Origin: Pedosphaera sp.
GTDB taxonomy: Bacteria; Verrucomicrobiota; Verrucomicrobiia; Limisphaerales; SIBH01
DNA length: 30,129 nt
NCBI GenBank assembly: GCA_031414955.1
Contig: JANOQV010000181.1
Span: 1-30,129, forward strand
Direction of reading: 5' to 3'
This document shows, piece after piece, positions 9,425-18,015 of the stretch. The notes below the pieces were generated by a model. The model worked only from the letters and a program-made list of their open reading frames with translations, had not been told where the DNA came from and ran no database searches. How positions within the stretch are numbered: the first letter of the stretch is position 1; every line of letters starts with the position of its first letter. A program made the position numbers and the translations under genes.

Positions 9425-10819
9425 CTATGGATTCGGGATGCCCTTCACCGCACGCAACAGCCTCAACGCCGCCTCCACCAGCTGTTCGCCCGACCCGCTC
9501 GCGCAACGTGCGCTGATCGGCTCATAGTTCCCCTCGGCGAAACCCTTCTTGTCCGGGATGTAGCCGATAGAGCCATTCGCCAGTTCAGCAATGAGCGTGT
9601 GGTGGAACGGCGACTTCTGCTTAATCTCCAATCCCAGCTCCACGAAAATCTCTCCGGGCAAACTCACCCACGCCACTTCATCGCCGAGTGCGATGACCTG
9701 TACTTCCACTTGCTGCGGTTTTCCGGCGCGGTCCGCCACATCGAGCACTTTGAAAGCGTGGACCTGTTCGAGAAACGTCGGCCCCTTCGCCGTGCCGACG
9801 CGTTCGGCCACGCCGCGCGCGGCCTCGACCTCGCCGGATTTCAATTCCGGCAACGGCAGCTTCACGATTTCGGATCGCACTCGCAGCGCGAGCGCGCCCC
9901 CCGCCACCGGTTGCAAGCGCGGATAAGCCTTGAGCACGTCCGCCGCGAGGACCGTGCCGAGCCGAGCGGCCTCGGTGTGGCCCTTTTGCGCGCCCGCCCA
10001 CTGCACATCGACGTGGTTGAGGTTGCCGCACGCGCCGTTGGCGAAAACCGTGACCATGTTCGTACCTTTGTATTCACCGAGCAGTCGCGCCAGCGTGAAA
10101 GAATAGTCCGCCGAAAACTCCAGACCGCTCACCGTGTCCGGGTGCATGGCGAAGTTGACGTAGGTGGCGATGGCCTCCGCGCGCGGCGTATCGAAGAAAA
10201 GGACGGCCACATCCGGATCCACCGGCCCGGCCACGCGCACGATGTTGGTGTTCAGCTTGCCCGGATTCCAACCCACCGTGCCGTCCCTCATGTGGAATCG
10301 GCGGTTGAAGCTCAGACGATTCTCCACCTCGTGCGCGACGGAGACACGCGCTGGTTGCAGCGCGGCCTCGGCACGTTGCACGGCCAGCGCAATTTTCGCG
10401 GGCAGTTGCGCCGTGTAGTTGCGGACGGATTCCGTCGCGCCGCCGTCCACAAACTTGCGCGAGGAACCAGTGTCCAGCACCGGGCCGGTGTGCGCGTGAG
10501 TGGCGCTGATCATCACATTTGCGCCCGGCACGCCGGTGGTGCGCGCAACCATTTCGCGCGCCCGCTCGACAACGTGGCGGGGCAATGAAATCAAATCGCA
10601 GACCACCAGCGCGATCTTCGTGCGGTCCTGCTCCAAGACGATGGCCTTGGCCAGCAGCTCATCGTGCGTGTTCGTGGAAAGCCGAATCCCGTAATAGCCG
10701 GCCAGCGGCATTGGTTGATCTGGAGTGATGCGAGCCACAGCCGCGCCGACGCGCAACTCGGCCTGCGCGGTGACAGCCAGAAACCAGAGGCCAGCAAAGA
10801 TAATGAAGGCGCGGATCAT
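9425..10819 (-). CDS. Neutral/alkaline ceramidase N-terminal-domain-like secreted hydrolase
   Basis: Signal peptide MIRAFIIFAGLWFLAVTAQA, LRVGAAVARITP, HDELLAKAIVL, SATHAHTGP, NFAMHPD, NGACGN, LPGEIFVE, ELANGSIGYIP. Confidence 0.8.
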   Translation of the reverse strand: MIRAFIIFAGLWFLAVTAQAELRVGAAVARITPDQPMPLAGYYGIRLSTNTHDELLAKAIVLEQDRTKIALVVCDLISLPRHVVERAREMVARTTGVPGANVMISATHAHTGPVLDTGSSRKFVDGGATESVRNYTAQLPAKIALAVQRAEAALQPARVSVAHEVENRLSFNRRFHMRDGTVGWNPGKLNTNIVRVAGPVDPDVAVLFFDTPRAEAIATYVNFAMHPDTVSGLEFSADYSFTLARLLGEYKGTNMVTVFANGACGNLNHVDVQWAGAQKGHTEAARLGTVLAADVLKAYPRLQPVAGGALALRVRSEIVKLPLPELKSGEVEAARGVAERVGTAKGPTFLEQVHAFKVLDVADRAGKPQQVEVQVIALGDEVAWVSLPGEIFVELGLEIKQKSPFHHTLIAELANGSIGYIPDKKGFAEGNYEPISARCASGSGEQLVEAALRLLRAVKGIPNP

Positions 10820-10825
10820 GAACCG

Positions 10826-10855
10826 AGTGTGCCGGGAGCTGTCACGGCCTGGCAA
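10826..10855 (-). promoter_or_regulatory. Putative promoter giving a leaderless transcript of the ceramidase-like gene
   Basis: Minus strand TTGCCA-N18-CACACT-N6-ATG. Confidence 0.45.
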
Positions 10856-10870
10856 GCGTGTGAACGGGCG

Positions 10871-11044
10871 AGGGTGGGATTGAACGTGGCGGGCACGGAG
10901 TGCGCCCGTCCTCGGGCGCAGCAAGCTGGAGCGCAGCGGGGAGCTGGGGGTTTCCTCAAGGCATCGTGCGCACGGACGTGGCTGTGCCCGGGACCGGCGC
11001 ACTCTGCCCGACGGCTTCCTGCCCGCCACTTTCAACCGCACCCT
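10871..11044. repeat. TIR-bounded palindromic element (MITE/REPIN-like), copy A
   Basis: agggtgggattgaacgtggcgggca (10871-10895) and tgcccgccactttcaaccgcaccct (11020-11044) are inverted, 22/25. Inner REP-like inverted arms ggagtgcgcccgtcctcgggcgcagc and gctgtgcccgggaccggcgcactc. Confidence 0.8.
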
Positions 11045-11090
11045 GCGCGGCGAACACGACCGCAACCAGCGAAAGCGTGAGGCTCATGCG

Positions 11091-11150
11091 GCGCCGCAAC
11101 CCCAACGGCGCGGCGATGTCGGTGCGCCGCAACCCCAACGCGGTTGCGGC
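11091..11150. repeat. Direct repeat gcgccgcaaccccaacg x2 (REP-like)
   Basis: Identical 17-mers at 11091-11107 and 11124-11140; the second folds as gccgcaacc/ggttgcggc. Confidence 0.6.
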
Positions 11151-11292
11151 TCGTTTGTTCCCGCCCGTGCGCTTGAATCCGGCCACGTCGCCGTTTGCAT
11201 GGTTTCGATTTCCGAATGCTCACCCAATCCGCGAGGGTATCCGCCAATTGAGCAATGACATGCTGCGGGCCATCTTGGTAGTGTGTTAGGAA

Positions 11293-14200
11293 ATGAATCG
11301 CCCTGTACTCGCCATCTTCGCGCTCGCACTCGCCCATGCGCTGGCGTGGGCGGCAGAAGAGGCGTCGCCGGTTTTCCAAAAAGCGCACGCGGTGCTGGAG
11401 AAGAATTGCTTTAAGTGCCACAGCCACGCGGCGAACAAGAGCAAGGGCGGGCTGCTCCTTGATTCACGCGACGCGGTGCTGACGGGCGGTGACAATGGGC
11501 CAGCCATCGTGGCGGGAAAACCAGAAGCGAGTCTGCTCGTCAAGGCCATCAGCTATAGCGATCCCGATCTGCAAATGCCGCCGAAGGACGGGAAGCTCGC
11601 GGACTCGGACATCGTGGCGTTGACAGAGTGGGTGAAGTCGGGCGCACCCTGGACCGAGAGCAAACAAGGTGGCGAAGCCATCGGCCTGAAGCGGCGGGCC
11701 AAGGGGAAAATCACCGACGAAGATCGGCAGTGGTGGGCGTTTAAGCCGGTGAAAAAAGAGCCGATGCCGGCCGTGGAAAACCTGGTTGCGATTCGCAACG
11801 ACGTGGACCGCTTCATCGGCGCGCGTTTGGAGAAGGAACAGCTCACGCCATCACCCGAGGCCAGCCGCATGGTGCTCATCCGCCGCGTCACGTTCGATCT
11901 GATCGGCCTGCCGCCCACGCCGAACGAAGTAGAAGCCTTCGTTGGCGACAAATCGCCTCACGCCTACGAGCGGTTGGTGGATCAATTACTGGCCAGCCCG
12001 GCTTACGGCGAACGCATGGCGCGGCAGTGGCTCGATCTGGTGCGCTACGCGGACAGCGACGGTTATCGCGCGGACGACTACCGGCCCGATGCGTGGCGCT
12101 TTCGCGAATACGTCGTTCGATCCTTCAATGCCGACAAGCGCTACGATCGCTTCGTGCGCGAGCAGTTGGCCGGCGACGAACTCTCTCCCAACGATCCGGA
12201 AGCAATCATCGCCACCGGCTATCTGCGCCACGGCATGTACGAATGGAACGCCCGCGACGTGCGCGGTCAGTGGGACACCATCCTGAATGATCTCACGGAC
12301 ACCACGGGCGATGTGTTTCTGGGCATGGGCATCCAGTGCGCGCGCTGCCATGACCACAAGTTTGATCCCATTCTCCAGCGCGATTACTTCCGCCTGCGCG
12401 CCTTCTTTGCGCCGGTTCAACCAGGCGACCGCGTCGCAGCGACGCAGTCGGAAATTGCCGCGCACGCGGAGAAGTTGAAGACTTGGGAAGCGCAGACGGC
12501 GGAGTTGCGCGCTCAAATTGCCGAATTGGAAAAGCCCTACCTCTTCAAGTCCGAGACCAACGCCGTGATGCGTTTTCCCGACGACATTCGGGCCATGATT
12601 CGCAAGCCCGTGGCCGAGCGCACGCCGTTTGAGAATCAACTGGCCACGCTGGCCTGGCGGCAAATCATCTACGATGAAGAGCGCGTGGACCGCACCTTCA
12701 AGGGCGACGACAAGGAAAAGATTCTTTCGCTCCGCCGCGAGCTGGCCAAATCGAACAAGGACAAGCCCGCGCCGTTGCCGGTAGCTTTGGCCGCTGCGGA
12801 TGTGGGGCCGGTCGCACCCGCCGTCTTCATTCCAAAGAAGCAGTCGCTCGGCGAGATCGAGCCGGGCTTCCCGACCGTGGTGGACCCGAATCCAGTCAAG
12901 GCCACCACGCATCCAAACAGCACCGGCCGCCGCAGTGCGCTGGCGGAATGGCTGACGCGCCCGGAGAATCCGCTCACCGCCCGCGTGGTGGTGAACCGCG
13001 CCTGGCAGCAGCATTTCGGGCGCGGGCTGGCGGCGAACACGAGCGACTTCGGCGTGCTCGGCGAAAAACCATCGCACCCGGAATTGCTCGACTGGCTGGC
13101 GGACTGGTTCGTGAGCGAGGGCGGCTGGTCGCTCAAGAAATTGCATCGGCTGCTCGTGACCAGCGCGGCCTACCGGCGCAGCAGCGAGCATCCTGCGACG
13201 CAGGCCGGACGGCTCAAGGATCCGGAGAACCGGCTGCTCTGGCGCTGGCAGCCTCGTCGCATGGAAGCAGAGCAAATCCGCGATGCCATGCTGGCCGTGA
13301 GCGGCGAATTGGAGATCACCAACAACGTCGCGGGCGTCACGCCGGACCTGCCCCGCCGGACCATTTACACGCGCTTCATGCGCAACACCCGCGACCCGAT
13401 GGCAGATGTCTTCGACGCACCGATGTGGATCACCAGCGCGGCCTCGCGCGACACCACCACTACGCCGGTGCAGTCGCTGCTGCTCGCCAACAGCGCGTTG
13501 CTGCGGAACCGCGGCCGGGCCTTCGCGACGCGTTTGGAGAAGGCATCGGGTTCGGATCCCGCCGCACAAATTCATCTCGCCTACCGGCTGGCGTTCGGTC
13601 GCGAAGCCACGACGGAGGAGGTCAGCGCGGCGCAAAAGTTCCTGACGCGACAGGCGACGATGGCCGACCCGAAACGCCTGGACTCCGGTCAGGCAAATTT
13701 CGTCCCGGGCAAGGTGCCTTTTCGTGATGGTCAGGCGGCGTTCATTGAGCCCGAGGGCGCACAATCCATGTTCAGCGTCAACGAAAGCGCCGTGCTGCGC
13801 GTGGAAGGCGCCTTCACCATCGAGGGTTTCGTCGTCCCGCGCTCGGTGTCGGAAGGGCCGCAGTTGCGCACCATTGCGGCCAAGTGGTCCGGCAAGAACA
13901 ACGAACCAGGTTGGACGCTGGGTCTCACCGGCCAGAAGTCGCGACGGCGTCCGTTGTCCGTCGCGTTGCAGGTCGTCGGGAAACATCGCAATGGCAGCGT
14001 TCGCGAGCTGCCCATTTTCTCCGACCTGAGCGTGCAGATGAACAAGCCCTACTTCATCGGCGCCGCCTTCACCCCCGCGACTTCCAACGCGCCGGGCAAA
14101 GTTTTCTTTGCGCTCAAGGATTTGTCGAACGACGACGAGCCGCTGCTGACCGCCACGGTAGAGCACGACGTTACCGGCGACTTGACCAACGCCGTGCCGC

Positions 14201-14508
14201 TGACCATCGGCGCGCGCTCCGGTGGCGAACGTCAGTCCTTCCACGGGATGATCGACGATGTGCGCCTCTCGAACGCGGCCCTGCCGACCGAGAAGATGTT
14301 GTGGTCCTCCGAGTCCATCACCGCCAGCACGCTCGGCTACTGGAAGTTCGAGGCCAAGCCGGACGTCTTCGAGGACAGCAGCGGCCACGGACGTTCCCTC
14401 CATCGCCCCGCCGGGCTGGTGACGAAAAGCGTGACCCCGACGCAGGCGGCCCTGGCGGACTTTTGCCAGGCATTGCTCAACAGCAGTGAATTTCTCTACA
14501 TCGAATGA
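11293..14508 (+). CDS. Cytochrome c / DUF1549 / DUF1553 protein with a LamG-like (ConA-like) domain near the C-terminus
   Basis: Signal peptide, CFKCH and [37 protein letters not shown]; LamG-like motifs FTIEGFV, FHGMIDDVRLSNAAL, LGYWKFE. Confidence 0.92.
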   Translation: MNRPVLAIFALALAHALAWAAEEASPVFQKAHAVLEKNCFKCHSHAANKSKGGLLLDSRDAVLTGGDNGPAIVAGKPEASLLVKAISYSDPDLQMPPKDGKLADSDIVALTEWVKSGAPWTESKQGGEAIGLKRRAKGKITDEDRQWWAFKPVKKEPMPAVENLVAIRNDVDRFIGARLEKEQLTPSPEASRMVLIRRVTFDLIGLPPTPNEVEAFVGDKSPHAYERLVDQLLASPAYGERMARQWLDLVRYADSDGYRADDYRPDAWRFREYVVRSFNADKRYDRFVREQLAGDELSPNDPEAIIATGYLRHGMYEWNARDVRGQWDTILNDLTDTTGDVFLGMGIQCARCHDHKFDPILQRDYFRLRAFFAPVQPGDRVAATQSEIAAHAEKLKTWEAQTAELRAQIAELEKPYLFKSETNAVMRFPDDIRAMIRKPVAERTPFENQLATLAWRQIIYDEERVDRTFKGDDKEKILSLRRELAKSNKDKPAPLPVALAAADVGPVAPAVFIPKKQSLGEIEPGFPTVVDPNPVKATTHPNSTGRRSALAEWLTRPENPLTARVVVNRAWQQHFGRGLAANTSDFGVLGEKPSHPELLDWLADWFVSEGGWSLKKLHRLLVTSAAYRRSSEHPATQAGRLKDPENRLLWRWQPRRMEAEQIRDAMLAVSGELEITNNVAGVTPDLPRRTIYTRFMRNTRDPMADVFDAPMWITSAASRDTTTTPVQSLLLANSALLRNRGRAFATRLEKASGSDPAAQIHLAYRLAFGREATTEEVSAAQKFLTRQATMADPKRLDSGQANFVPGKVPFRDGQAAFIEPEGAQSMFSVNESAVLRVEGAFTIEGFVVPRSVSEGPQLRTIAAKWSGKNNEPGWTLGLTGQKSRRRPLSVALQVVGKHRNGSVRELPIFSDLSVQMNKPYFIGAAFTPATSNAPGKVFFALKDLSNDDEPLLTATVEHDVTGDLTNAVPLTIGARSGGERQSFHGMIDDVRLSNAALPTEKMLWSSESITASTLGYWKFEAKPDVFEDSSGHGRSLHRPAGLVTKSVTPTQAALADFCQALLNSSEFLYIE

Positions 14509-15950
14509 ACACCCCCGATCCTCGTTGTCATCGTTACGAGCCGGCGCAATCGCGCCGCGACTTCCTCTTTCGTTCCGGGGTCGGGCTGGGCGCCATCGCG
14601 TTGCAAAGCCTGCTCGCCAACCAATCCGTGGCCGCCGCACTCACCCAGCCGGGTTCACCGCTCGCGGGCCGGAAACCACACTTCAAGCCGCGGGCCAAGA
14701 ACGTCATCTTCCTCTTCATGGAAGGCGGCCCATCTCATCTCGACCTGTTTGATCCCAAACCGCTCTTGAACAAACTGGCCGGCCAGACGTTGCCGGAAAG
14801 TTTTGGCTCCGTGCTCACCTCGATGGGTGAATCCAAATCACCATTACTCGCCAGCAAACGCACTTGGAAACAGCACGGTCAAAGCGGCCTCTGGGTCAGC
14901 GACTGGCTCCCGCGCATCGCCGAATGCGTGGATGATATTTCCGTGGTCCGCTCGTGCTGGGCCGATGGCATCAATCACAGCGCCGGCGTCTGCCAGATGA
15001 ACACCGGATCCATCCTCGGCGGTCGTCCCTCGCTCGGCTCATGGGTCACGTATGGACTGGGTACCGAGAACACCGACCTGCCGGCGTTCGTGGTTTTGCA
15101 GGACAACCAGGCCGGCATCGTGAACGGTCCGCGCAACTGGGGCGCCGGATTCATGCCGGCCGTTTATCAGGGCATCCGGCTCCAGGGCGGCAGCGAGCCG
15201 ATTCCCAATCTCAACACGCCCGACGCCTACACGCCCGAACAGCAGCAGTCGCGGCTGGATTTCATCAACCAGCTCAATCGCAACTACGCCGCGCGCTTTC
15301 CCGAACAAACCGAACTCGCCGCCCGCCTCACCAGTTACGAACTCGCTTTCCGCATGCAAGCCGCCGCGCCCCTGGCTGTGGACCTCGCGGGTGAAACCGA
15401 GGCCACGCGCCAGCTCTACGGCATGGACCGCAAAGAAACCGCCGACATGGGACGCCTCTGCCTGCTGTCGCGCCGGCTCGTCGAACGCGGCGTGCGCTTC
15501 GTGCAGATTTACCATGGGGCCGGGAGCAAGTGGGATTCGCACGCCGGCATGGAGAAGAACCACGGTTCCCTTTGCGCCAGCATGGACCAGCCCGTGGCGG
15601 GACTGCTCCGCGATCTCAAAGCGCGCGGGCTGCTGGACGACACGCTGGTCGTCTGGGGCGGTGAATTCGGCCGCACCCCGATGAGCGAGAAAGGCGACGG
15701 CCGCGATCACAACGCGACCGGCTTTAGCATGTGGTTCGCCGGCGGCGGCGTAAAAGGCGGCCAGACCATTGGCGCCACGGACGAACTTGGCCTGCGCGCC
15801 ACCGAGGATCGACTGCACGTCCACGACCTGCACGCCACGATTCTCTGGCTGCTCGGCCTCGACAACATGGGCCTGGTCTATAACTACAAAGGCCGCCCCG
15901 AGCGTCCCACGCTCAACGAAGGCGAACCGTTCAAGAAGATAGCTGCGTGA
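14505..15950 (+). CDS. DUF1501 domain protein (sulfatase-like), Tat signal
   Basis: SRRDFL twin-arginine leader, [50 protein letters not shown] overlap with the upstream DUF1553 gene. Confidence 0.92.
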   Translation: MNTPDPRCHRYEPAQSRRDFLFRSGVGLGAIALQSLLANQSVAAALTQPGSPLAGRKPHFKPRAKNVIFLFMEGGPSHLDLFDPKPLLNKLAGQTLPESFGSVLTSMGESKSPLLASKRTWKQHGQSGLWVSDWLPRIAECVDDISVVRSCWADGINHSAGVCQMNTGSILGGRPSLGSWVTYGLGTENTDLPAFVVLQDNQAGIVNGPRNWGAGFMPAVYQGIRLQGGSEPIPNLNTPDAYTPEQQQSRLDFINQLNRNYAARFPEQTELAARLTSYELAFRMQAAAPLAVDLAGETEATRQLYGMDRKETADMGRLCLLSRRLVERGVRFVQIYHGAGSKWDSHAGMEKNHGSLCASMDQPVAGLLRDLKARGLLDDTLVVWGGEFGRTPMSEKGDGRDHNATGFSMWFAGGGVKGGQTIGATDELGLRATEDRLHVHDLHATILWLLGLDNMGLVYNYKGRPERPTLNEGEPFKKIAA

Positions 15951-15978
15951 GAGTCGTCAGCGCCTTCGCTCACGAAAC

Positions 15979-17655
15979 TCATAGCCGATTGAGCGCACTC
16001 AACACGGCGCGGATGGAGGCAAAGGCGATGTTCGTGTCCACGCCGGCTCCCCAGCGGACCTGGCCGTCGGCGGTTTTGATCTGGATGTAGGCAATCGCCG
16101 CCGCTTCTTCGCCGGAACCGAGGGCGTGCTCGCTGTAATTGGCAATCTCGAAGCGCGGCACGCCGGCCTCGGTGAGACCATGCACCAACGCGGCCAGCGG
16201 GCCGTTGCCTTCGCCGGAAACTTCCAACGGCTGGCCGTCGCGGGACAATTTCGCGCGGCCCTTCACCACGCCATCCTTGCTCTCGGTTTCAAAGCCGACG
16301 AGTTGCCACGGCGATTGGCGCTCGACGTATTCCTTCCAGAACATGGCCTTGAGTTCGGTGGCGGTGACTTCGCGGCCGAGGGCGTCCACGGCATCGTTCG
16401 CGATGGGGCCGAACTCGCGCTGCATGTCCTTCGGCAATGCGATGCCGAATTCGCTTTCGAGCAGATACGCCACGCCGCCTTTGCCGGACTGGGAATTCAC
16501 GCGGATGACCTCGCGGTATTCGCGCCCGATGTCCGCCGGGTCAATCGCGAGATACGGCACGTCCCAGTGGTTGAGAGTTGAGGGCTGAGGGTTGAGAGTT
16601 TTTTTCTCCCATTCCGTGAGACCTTTCTTGATGGCGTCCTGATGCGAGCCGCTGAAGGCGGTGAAGACGAGTTCGCCCGCGTACGGCTGACGCGCGGGCA
16701 CGGTCATGCCGGTACAACGCTCGTACACTTTGATGAGCGCGTTGAGGTTCGAGAAGTCGAGCTTCGGCTCCAGGCCGTGCATGTAGAAATTCATGGCCAC
16801 GACAATCACGTCGAGATTTCCCGTGCGCTCGCCATTGCCGAACAAGGTGCCCTCGACGCGGTCCGCGCCCGCGAGCAAACCCAGTTCCGTCGCGGCCACG
16901 CCGGTGCCGCGGTCGTTGTGCGTGTGCAGGCTGATGATGAGCGAGTCGCGGTTCTTGATGTTCATGCACATCCACTCGATCTGGTCGGCGTACACATTCG
17001 GCATCGCGACCTCGACCGTGTCCGGCAAGTTGAGAATCATCTTCCGCCCGGGCGTGGGCTGCCACACATCCATGACGGCTTCGGAGATTTCTTTCGCGAA
17101 CTCGACTTCGGTTCCGGAGAAACTTTCCGGCGAATACTGCAACCTCACATCCGTGCCCTGGAGCCGGGGCAGCCGGTCCTTGATCCATTGCGCGCCCTGG
17201 ACAGCGATGGCCTTGATCTCGTCCTTCGACTTGCCAAACACCACGCGGCGCTGCGCCGGCGAAGTGGAGTTGTAGAGATGGATGATGACCTTCTTCGCCC
17301 CGATGAGCGACTGGACGGTCTTCTCGATCAAGTCCTCGCGCGCCTGCACGAGCACCTGGATGGTGACGTCGTCGGGGATGTGGCCTTTCTCGATGAGCAG
17401 GCGGTTGAAGGCGAATTCGGTGTTCGACGCGGACGGGAAGCCGACCTCGATCTCCTTGAAACCGCACGCGACGAGCGCCTGAAACAGCTCCAGCTTCTGC
17501 GAGACGTTCATGGGCACGGCGAGCGCCTGATTGCCATCGCGCAGATCGACGCTGCACCAGATGGGCGCGTGTTTCAGGATGCGGTTCGGCCACTGCCGGT
17601 TCGGCAGCTCAACGGGCCGGAACGCTCGATACTTGGAACCAGGATTCTTCAACAT
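15979..17655 (-). CDS. leuA: 2-isopropylmalate synthase (LeuA type 2, yeast/actinobacterial-like)
   Basis: WCSVDLRDGNQAL, EIEVGFPSAS, YSPESF, SLHTHNDRG, LFGNGERTGN, AFSGSHQDAIKKG, RVNSQSGKGG, plus the C-terminal regulatory domain. Confidence 0.98.
   Translation of the reverse strand: MLKNPGSKYRAFRPVELPNRQWPNRILKHAPIWCSVDLRDGNQALAVPMNVSQKLELFQALVACGFKEIEVGFPSASNTEFAFNRLLIEKGHIPDDVTIQVLVQAREDLIEKTVQSLIGAKKVIIHLYNSTSPAQRRVVFGKSKDEIKAIAVQGAQWIKDRLPRLQGTDVRLQYSPESFSGTEVEFAKEISEAVMDVWQPTPGRKMILNLPDTVEVAMPNVYADQIEWMCMNIKNRDSLIISLHTHNDRGTGVAATELGLLAGADRVEGTLFGNGERTGNLDVIVVAMNFYMHGLEPKLDFSNLNALIKVYERCTGMTVPARQPYAGELVFTAFSGSHQDAIKKGLTEWEKKTLNPQPSTLNHWDVPYLAIDPADIGREYREVIRVNSQSGKGGVAYLLESEFGIALPKDMQREFGPIANDAVDALGREVTATELKAMFWKEYVERQSPWQLVGFETESKDGVVKGRAKLSRDGQPLEVSGEGNGPLAALVHGLTEAGVPRFEIANYSEHALGSGEEAAAIAYIQIKTADGQVRWGAGVDTNIAFASIRAVLSALNRL
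16571..16598 (-). repeat. In-frame heptamer array CYCTCAR x4 within leuA
   Basis: Minus strand ctctcaa ccctcag ccctcaa ctctcaa, encoding TLNPQPSTLN. Confidence 0.8.
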
Positions 17656-17683
17656 GGTTTTGCTACAACTTTCTGCCGGAGTG

Positions 17684-17757
17684 TTTAACTGCGGATTTCA
17701 CGGATTTCACGGATGGAAAACATTTCATCCGCGTCCTCCGCGTCCTCCGCGGTCAAA
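17684..17757. repeat. Inverted nonamer-array element in the leuA 5' region
   Basis: tttaactg(cggatttca)2cggatg faces ca(tccgcgtcc)2tccgcggtcaaa; the CGGA/TCCG cores pair with 9-nt periodicity. Confidence 0.75.
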
Positions 17758-17810
17758 AACTTCCGGTCTTGTCGCCCGTCTTTCACGAAGGCGATTGGGA
17801 TTCAGGCAAC

Positions 17811-17843
17811 AAAAAACCCCACCGCCTTATCGGCAGTGAGGTT
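17811..17843 (-). terminator. Attenuator terminator hairpin upstream of leuA
   Basis: Minus strand aacctcactgcc-gataa-ggcggtggggtt followed by tttt. Confidence 0.88.
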
Positions 17844-17862
17844 GCTGAAATTCGCGTGCGAA

Positions 17863-17934
17863 TCAGAACCCGACCGCCGCGCTACTAAGCAGCAGCGCGT
17901 TTCCAAGCAGTCGATTGTTCAAGTTCCGAATCAC
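17863..17934 (-). CDS. Leu-rich leader peptide of the leuA attenuator (MIRNLNNRLLGNALLLSSAAVGF, 23 aa)
   Basis: GTG...TGA with 6 Leu codons, including CTG CTT and CTG CTG CTT, directly upstream of the terminator hairpin. Confidence 0.82.
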   Translation of the reverse strand: MIRNLNNRLLGNALLLSSAAVGF

Positions 17935-17941
17935 GGCGCAA

Positions 17942-17970
17942 AACGTATTGTTCGTTGGCAGGAGGGTCAA
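17942..17970 (-). promoter_or_regulatory. sigma70 promoter of the leu leader / leuA
   Basis: Minus strand TTGACC-N17-TACGTT-N7-GTG. Confidence 0.7.
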
Positions 17971-18015
17971 CGGCATTTTCAAGCGGGACTTGAATCCACC
18001 CCATGCCTGGCCCGC

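Noticed and set aside
9238..11044. ATTGAAAG / CTTTCAAT motifs resembling CRISPR repeat ends
   Set aside because: They occur as inverted pairs at scattered loci, not as regularly spaced direct repeats with spacers; no cas genes in the window.
10868..11047. GCG on both sides of element A as a target-site duplication
   Set aside because: GCG also precedes copy B and is very frequent in this GC-rich DNA; cannot be distinguished from chance or from part of the element.
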